DNA of 32,000 bases, from NCBI RefSeq assembly GCF_002803295.2, contig NZ_PGGB02000012.1, positions 6,364 to 38,363 on the forward strand, read 5' to 3'. This document shows positions 26,510-32,000 of the stretch, piece by piece. Position 1 is the first letter of the stretch. Every line of letters starts with the position of its first letter. The translations under genes and the position numbers were made by a program. The stretch is from Caedibacter taeniospiralis (GTDB lineage: Bacteria; Pseudomonadota; Gammaproteobacteria; Francisellales; Francisellaceae). The notes below the pieces were generated by a model that searched no databases, had not been told where the DNA came from, and worked only from the letters and a program-made list of their open reading frames with translations.

Positions 26510-26599
26510 ACAAGTTCTGCGGACAATATTCAGGTTCGGTAATTGCCTTTCGACAAAAAATCTTTAGAATGGGGCAACCTCGGGCAACGTGAACTTTCA

Positions 26600-29500
26600 A
26601 TGACTAATCATCGCGAGCAATTCAAACATATCCAAAAAGTTTTACTCTTAGGTTCTGGTGGCATTCGTATCTCACAAGCAGGTGAATTTGACTATTCAGG
26701 ATCCCAAGCCATTAAGGCCTTGAAAGAAGAGGGCATCAAAGTTATTCTGGTGAACCCGAATATTGCCACGATTCAAACGGATCCAGGCATGGCGGATGAG
26801 GTTTACTTTGAGCCTTTAGATTTAGCTCATGTGACTAAAATCATTGAGAAAGAAAAGCCCGATGCCATTATGTTAAGTTTTGGTGGGCAAACTGCTTTAA
26901 ATTTAGGGCTTCTGCTTGAAGAGAAAGGGATTTTAGCACTGCATAATGTCAAGGTTTTGGGAAGTTCGATTCAAACCATCAAAGATGCGGAAGATCGTGG
27001 ATTATTTAAAAATAAACTCGATGAAATAGGTATTAAAACTGCTAAGAGTTTTGTTGCCACAACAGGTAAACAAGCGCTTGAAGCAGCTAAGGAAATCGGC
27101 TTTCCACTGATGATGCGCTCTGGTTTTTCACTTGGCGGGTTGGGGTCTGGGATCGTTAAAACAGAAAGTGAGCTAAAACACAGAGTAACCGAGGTGCTTA
27201 ATGCAACCTCCCAGGTGTTGATTGAGGAGTGTCTTCTTGGCTGGAATGAGTTTGAATACGAAATCGTGCGTGATATGGCAGGCAATGTCTTAACCGTGTG
27301 TAACATGGAGAACTTTGATCCTATGGGGATTCACACGGGAGAAAGTATCGTTGTATCGCCGTCACAATCCTTAAATAATGAGGAATATCATCGTTTACGT
27401 GAGATTGCCATTGAAGTGGCGAATCATTTTAACATCGTTGGTGAGTGCAATATTCAATATGCCTTTAATCTGGAAACTTCCGATTACCGCGTGATTGAGA
27501 TCAACCCAAGATTATCACGCTCTTCAGCGCTTGCCTCAAAAGCCACAGGCTATCCACTCGCGTTTATCGCTGCCAAGCTTGTTTTAGGTTATAAACTGTA
27601 TGAATTACAAAATGCAGTAACCAAAAAAACCTGTGCTTATTTTGAACCAGCACTTGATTATATCGTGGTAAAAATTCCACGCTGGGATACGCATAAGCTG
27701 AAAAAAGCTGAGCGCTTTATCGGGACTGAAATGAAATCGGTCGGTGAGGTAATGGCGATTGGTCGCTCATTCCCTGAAGGTTTACAAAAAGCTGTGGGTA
27801 TGCTGAATATTGGTGCAGCCGATTTAGCAGATTATCCTTATGAGATTCCTGATTTAGCGCTTGAAATTGAGCGCGCAACGGATCGCAGGATTTTTGCGCT
27901 GCATCGCTTTTTTGTCGCAGGGGGTGAGATTGAAACAGCCTATCAGCTATCAAAGATTGACAAATGGTTTTTAAATCACATGCGTACGATTGCGCAAATG
28001 GAGAATCGACTAAAGGATTTAAATAACCCATTAACTAAAGAGCTATTAAAAGAGGCGAAAAAACTCGGCTTCTCAGATAAGAGTATTGCGCGCTTTCGTG
28101 AAATGGATGTAGAGGCTCTGCGCGCCTGGCGTATTTCACAAGGGATTATTCCTTATGTGAAACAGATCGATACTCTGGCGGGGGAATTTGAGGTCGAAAC
28201 CAATTATTTATACATGACTTATCACGGCGTTGAACATGATGTGAAGCCATCTGAGCTCCCCGCAACTTTAATTATCGGCTCAGGACCCTATAGCATTGGC
28301 TCATCCGTGGAGTTTGACTGGTGTGGTGTGACCACCGCTCACACCTTAAAGAAGCTTGGTGAGTCGCCTATTATTATCAACTCCAATCCCGAAACCGTTT
28401 CAACGGATTATGATGAATCCGATAGACTTTACTTTGAGCAGCTTACTTTGGAGCGAGTGCAGGATATTGCCGATTTTGAAAATCTCAAAGGCATTATTGT
28501 GTCAGTTGGTGGGCAGATTGCAAATAATCTTGTTATTCCTTTGTCAAAAGCTGGCTACCAGATCTTAGGGACTTCACCCAAAAACATTAATAAAGCAGAG
28601 AATCGCGCGATATTTTCGCAGATGCTTAATGAACTTCAGGTCGATCAGCCTGATTGGCAATCGGTGACAACCCTTGAAAATGCCAAAGACTTTGCCAACA
28701 AGGTTGGCTATCCCATTTTGGTGCGCCCATCCTATGTGTTATCAGGGGCTGCAATGAATGTCATTTATTCAGAAGATGCACTTAAACAGTACCTGGCGGA
28801 AGCAACCTTGGTATCCCCTGAATACCCTGTGGTGATTTCAGATTTTATCAGTAATGCCAAGGAGCTTGAGATCGATGGGGTTGCTGAAAATGGTGAGATT
28901 GTGATTTATGCCATTTCTGAACACGTTGAGAATGCAGGTGTGCACTCAGGGGATGCAACCATTGTGCTGCCGCCGCAGAATCTGTATCTGGAAACCATAC
29001 GTCGCGCCAAGCGTATTACCAAAAAAATCGTGAAATCCCTGGAGATTTCTGGACCTTTTAATATTCAATTTATTGCCAAAGACAATAACTTGAAAGTCAT
29101 TGAATGTAATCTTAGAGCCTCTAGATCTTTTCCATTTGTATCTAAGGTAACAGGGCATAATTTTATTGAAATTGCCACCGAAGTGATTATGGGCAAATAT
29201 AAGAGAAAGCGCTATAACACGCTGGATCTGGACTATGTTGGCGTTAAGACTTCACAGTTTTCATATAACCGCTTAAAGGGTGCCAACCCTGTGGCGCATG
29301 TTGAGATGTCCTCAACGGGGGAGGTGGGCTGTATTGGTTATGACCTATTGGATGCTTTTTATAAATCCTGGCAAGCCACCGAGATGTTTGTCAAGCGTAA
29401 GAAGGTGCTGTTGTCTATTGGGGGAGATAAGAAAGTCAAACTTCTGCCTGAAATTAAAAGACTCTCTCAAGAAGGCTGGGAAATCTACACGACAACTGGC

Positions 29501-29818
29501 ACGCATCAATATCTCAAAGACTTAGGTATTGAAACAAAGCTTACCCACAAGATCAGCGAGTCAGAAATGCCAAATGTTGAAACCATCATTGCTAATCACT
29601 ACGTTGACTTGATTATTAATATTCCAAGAAGACCACAGCATGTTAGTGATGATAATGTTTCTGATGGTTTCAAAATCCGACGCTTAGCCGTCGATCATCA
29701 CATCCCGCTTATTACTAATTTGCAGATTGCGGAGCTCACTTTGCGCTCCTTAGCCGAGCTGTACGATGCGCCACTGCAGGTAAAATCGTGGCGCGAATTT
29801 ATGGAGACGCGTACTTGA
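26600..29818 (+). CDS. carB: Carbamoyl-phosphate synthase large subunit
   Basis: 1072 aa from the ATG at 26600 (the track ORF begins at an upstream TTG). It has two ATP-grasp halves, with GEFDYSGSQA in the first half and VEFDWCGV in the second, an oligomerisation domain, and a C-terminal MGS-like domain (VLLSIGGDKKVK...). Confidence 0.95.
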   Translation: MTNHREQFKHIQKVLLLGSGGIRISQAGEFDYSGSQAIKALKEEGIKVILVNPNIATIQTDPGMADEVYFEPLDLAHVTKIIEKEKPDAIMLSFGGQTALNLGLLLEEKGILALHNVKVLGSSIQTIKDAEDRGLFKNKLDEIGIKTAKSFVATTGKQALEAAKEIGFPLMMRSGFSLGGLGSGIVKTESELKHRVTEVLNATSQVLIEECLLGWNEFEYEIVRDMAGNVLTVCNMENFDPMGIHTGESIVVSPSQSLNNEEYHRLREIAIEVANHFNIVGECNIQYAFNLETSDYRVIEINPRLSRSSALASKATGYPLAFIAAKLVLGYKLYELQNAVTKKTCAYFEPALDYIVVKIPRWDTHKLKKAERFIGTEMKSVGEVMAIGRSFPEGLQKAVGMLNIGAADLADYPYEIPDLALEIERATDRRIFALHRFFVAGGEIETAYQLSKIDKWFLNHMRTIAQMENRLKDLNNPLTKELLKEAKKLGFSDKSIARFREMDVEALRAWRISQGIIPYVKQIDTLAGEFEVETNYLYMTYHGVEHDVKPSELPATLIIGSGPYSIGSSVEFDWCGVTTAHTLKKLGESPIIINSNPETVSTDYDESDRLYFEQLTLERVQDIADFENLKGIIVSVGGQIANNLVIPLSKAGYQILGTSPKNINKAENRAIFSQMLNELQVDQPDWQSVTTLENAKDFANKVGYPILVRPSYVLSGAAMNVIYSEDALKQYLAEATLVSPEYPVVISDFISNAKELEIDGVAENGEIVIYAISEHVENAGVHSGDATIVLPPQNLYLETIRRAKRITKKIVKSLEISGPFNIQFIAKDNNLKVIECNLRASRSFPFVSKVTGHNFIEIATEVIMGKYKRKRYNTLDLDYVGVKTSQFSYNRLKGANPVAHVEMSSTGEVGCIGYDLLDAFYKSWQATEMFVKRKKVLLSIGGDKKVKLLPEIKRLSQEGWEIYTTTGTHQYLKDLGIETKLTHKISESEMPNVETIIANHYVDLIINIPRRPQHVSDDNVSDGFKIRRLAVDHHIPLITNLQIAELTLRSLAELYDAPLQVKSWREFMETRT

Positions 29819-31770
29819 TCACATTACAGAATATCTCACTCCAACGTGGCTTAAAACAGCTACTCAATGAGGTAAGTTTCTCAATTTATGACCAACAAAA
29901 AATAGGTCTTGTTGGGGCTAATGGCGCGGGCAAAACTTCCCTGTTTATGCTTTTGGCAGGCGCTTTGCACGCTGACCAAGGTGAGATAGAGATTGCAAAA
30001 GGCACACGTATCGTGACAGTAAAACAGGAAGTGGATGATTTAGATGCTTCCATTTTACATTATGTGATGCAAGGCAATCGTGAGCTTTATGCGCTTAATC
30101 TCGCGATGCAACAGACTTTACAGGATGAAGCATATGAACAATATGCGCAGTTGCATGCGGATTTTGAGGTCTTGGGTGGCTATCAACTAGAATCACAAGC
30201 TTCTTTGTTACTCGATGGATTGGGCTTTGAAACAAGACAATTTCATGAACCTGTTGGTACTTTATCAGGAGGATGGCGAATTCGCTTGAATCTCGCGCAA
30301 GCACTATTGCAGCAAGCGGAAGTTTTACTTTTGGATGAGCCAACAAACCACTTAGATCTTGATGCGGTGTTGTGGCTTGAGCGCTATTTGCAAAATTATC
30401 CAGGGGCAATTGTGCTTATCTCGCATGATCGGATATTTTTAGACAATGTGGTGAATCGTATTTTACACATCGAAAATAAATCGCTGACAAGCTACAGCGG
30501 GAATTACTCAAGTTTTGAAAAACAATATCACGAGCAAAGGCTTTTGCAGCAGAAGGCGCACGTCAAGCAGCAGCAAAAGATTGCCCATTTGGAGAGCTTT
30601 GTCAATCGCTTTAAGGCGAAGGCTTCTAAGGCGAAACAGGCGCAATCTCGCATGAAAATGCTTGAGAAAATGCAGCGTATAGAAGAGGTGCATGATAAAA
30701 AAGCATTTAGTTTTTCATTTGCGCAAAGTGCTAAAATGCCAGCAGGATGCCTGTTAGCACTGAATAATGCTGCCTTGGGTTATGCTAAGAAGCCCATTTT
30801 GCACAATGTGAATCAAATGATTTTGCCAGAAATGCGCATAGGATTGTTGGGCAAAAATGGCGCGGGTAAATCAACCCTGGTGAAAACTTTGGTAGGTGAG
30901 TTGCCATTATTATCTGGCGAGTGTAACAAGCATCCAGATTTAAGAGTGGGTTACTTTGCACAGCATTCGTTAGATGCACTTGATTTTTCAGCCTCTGCCT
31001 TAACGCATATTAAGCGTTTAGATGGCAAAATAACGGAAGAGCAGGCACGCAAGTTTTTAGGGCGCTTTAACTTTAGCAATGACATGGCATTGTCGAATAT
31101 TGGTGGGTTTTCAGGGGGTGAAAAAGCACGTCTGGCACTGGCATTGATTGTTTACCAAAAGCCAAATTTTCTGTTGTTAGATGAACCAACAAACCATTTG
31201 GATATTGAGGTACGCGAAGCCTTGGCTTATGCCCTGCAATCATTTGAAGGCGCATTAGTGCTTATTTCACATGATCGCTATTTGTTGGAAAGTACGGTCG
31301 ATGAATATTGGTTGATTGATCAAGGGCAGGTAAGGGCTTTTGATGGTGATTTAAATGATTACTATCAGTATATGCTTGGACAGAAAAAACAAGAAAAACA
31401 AGAAAAACAAGAAAGGCAGAAAAGCCAACAAAAGCAAGATGCTGTCGTTGAAAACTCAAATGAACCTCAGACTTTAGAATCTACAACTGAAAGTGCGAAA
31501 AATAAAAAAGAAACCCGTCAGCAGCGCGCGCAAGTACAAGCTAAATTAAGACCCTTGCAAGATAAGGTAAATAAGCTTGAAAAAGAAATCACCAGGTTGC
31601 AAGCGCAGAAGAAATTATTTGATCTTAGGTTGCAAGATGAAGCATTTTATCAGGATAAAGTGCAATTAAATGAGGTATTAGCCGCACAGCAACAGCTGCA
31701 AACTGAGATTGATGCAAAAGAGTTAATATGGATTGAATTAGTTGAGGAATTGGAAAGGTTGACGGGATAG
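29815..31770 (+). CDS. ABC-F family ATPase (YheS-like) with a C-terminal coiled-coil extension
   Basis: Two ABC cassettes with no TM domain. The first has GANGAGKTS / LSGGWRIRLNLAQAL / LLLDEPTNHLD. The second has GKNGAGKST / FSGGEKARLALALI / LLLDEPTNHLD. The track start is GTG 29788. I favour TTG 29815 (M-ITLQNISLQRG, with a GGAG 8 nt upstream), which overlaps the carB TGA. Confidence 0.9.
   Translation: MITLQNISLQRGLKQLLNEVSFSIYDQQKIGLVGANGAGKTSLFMLLAGALHADQGEIEIAKGTRIVTVKQEVDDLDASILHYVMQGNRELYALNLAMQQTLQDEAYEQYAQLHADFEVLGGYQLESQASLLLDGLGFETRQFHEPVGTLSGGWRIRLNLAQALLQQAEVLLLDEPTNHLDLDAVLWLERYLQNYPGAIVLISHDRIFLDNVVNRILHIENKSLTSYSGNYSSFEKQYHEQRLLQQKAHVKQQQKIAHLESFVNRFKAKASKAKQAQSRMKMLEKMQRIEEVHDKKAFSFSFAQSAKMPAGCLLALNNAALGYAKKPILHNVNQMILPEMRIGLLGKNGAGKSTLVKTLVGELPLLSGECNKHPDLRVGYFAQHSLDALDFSASALTHIKRLDGKITEEQARKFLGRFNFSNDMALSNIGGFSGGEKARLALALIVYQKPNFLLLDEPTNHLDIEVREALAYALQSFEGALVLISHDRYLLESTVDEYWLIDQGQVRAFDGDLNDYYQYMLGQKKQEKQEKQERQKSQQKQDAVVENSNEPQTLESTTESAKNKKETRQQRAQVQAKLRPLQDKVNKLEKEITRLQAQKKLFDLRLQDEAFYQDKVQLNEVLAAQQQLQTEIDAKELIWIELVEELERLTG
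31385..31411. repeat. In-frame 9-nt tandem repeat (aaaaacaag x3) inside the ABC-F gene
   Basis: Encodes KQEKQEKQE in the Lys/Gln/Glu-rich linker that precedes the C-terminal coiled coil. Confidence 0.8.
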
Positions 31771-31774
31771 GTAG

Positions 31775-31800
31775 TAGGGGCGAAAAATATTTCGCCCCTA
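31775..31800. terminator. Bidirectional hairpin terminator between convergent genes
   Basis: Perfect 11-bp stem taggggcgaaa-aata-tttcgccccta, immediately after the ABC-F stop and 5 nt from the stop of the minus-strand gene. Confidence 0.7.
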
Positions 31801-31804
31801 CGCG

Positions 31805-32000
31805 TCAAAACGACTCAGATACTAAATCAATCACATTCCGTTCTTGTGAGTCGAAGCTGATACCGATCAAATAAACAGGCTTATTGCTGCTAAGGTATTT
31901 TTCCGCATATTTTTTATCTTTAATCTGCTTGATGGCACTCTTGGCATCCCCCAACTTAGCGAGTTTAAATTCAATAATTACCACCTTATCGTGCATGATC
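31805..32000 (-). CDS. C-terminal end of a PD-(D/E)xK nuclease-family protein (PDDEXK_9 / AAA-ATPase-like family); the 5' part lies beyond the right window edge
   Basis: ...KVVIIEFKLAKLGDAKSAIKQIKDKKYAEKYLSSNKPVYLIGISFDSQERNV resembles the ExK-containing C-terminus of that family. The frame stays open to position 32000, so the track Met is probably internal. Confidence 0.5.
   Translation of the reverse strand, partial: IMHDKVVIIEFKLAKLGDAKSAIKQIKDKKYAEKYLSSNKPVYLIGISFDSQERNVIDLVSESF

Noticed and set aside
1-32000. A search for a defence island, toxin-antitoxin pair, prophage, IS element, integrase, or tRNA/rRNA genes.
   Set aside because: No ORF in the track shows transposase, integrase, phage structural or known defence-system motifs, and no tRNA-like cloverleaf sequence was seen in the intergenic gaps. 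The only mobile-looking items are the helicase remnant and the REP/MITE-like element, both reported above.

Overview
The window looks like a mostly housekeeping chromosomal segment of a low-GC (roughly 40%) gammaproteobacterium. Gene content and protein signatures resemble Legionellales (Legionella/Coxiella-like), but that placement is inference only. Coding density is high: about 31 protein-coding loci (two of them pseudogenes or remnants), and I saw no rRNA, tRNA, CRISPR array, transposase, integrase or obvious prophage or defence island.

Recognisable genes, in order:
- metK (partial), grxD, sodB, deaD
- a tail-anchored coiled-coil protein
- phhA-phhB plus an FNR-family reductase
- rpmE, an SF1-helicase C-terminal remnant, a hotdog thioesterase, dacB
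- folB plus a fused folK-folP
- phaR, an FtsZ homologue, a DUF1841 protein, nth, a soluble RnfB-like ferredoxin, rsmD
- lptG, lptF, galE, an MMPL/RND-type exporter, recG, an AsmA-like protein
- an LptM/YifL-like lipoprotein, a frameshifted DUF481 outer-membrane protein
- carB, an ABC-F ATPase, and a partial PD-(D/E)xK protein at the right edge

I found no clear multi-gene novel system. The observations most worth a second look are:
1. An FtsZ homologue with intact GTPase motifs, outside any ftsQAZ context, lacking the C-terminal FtsA/ZipA-binding peptide, and divergent from phaR.
2. A carB with eukaryote/Bacteroidetes-type motifs, no adjacent carA, a REP/MITE-like palindromic element just upstream, and a stop that overlaps the start of the ABC-F gene.
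3. A phhA whose first iron-ligand His is Asn.
4. Decay signatures: a split DUF481 gene and a helicase remnant.
5. The fused FolK-FolP.

All family assignments come from motif recognition by eye. No database search was possible.
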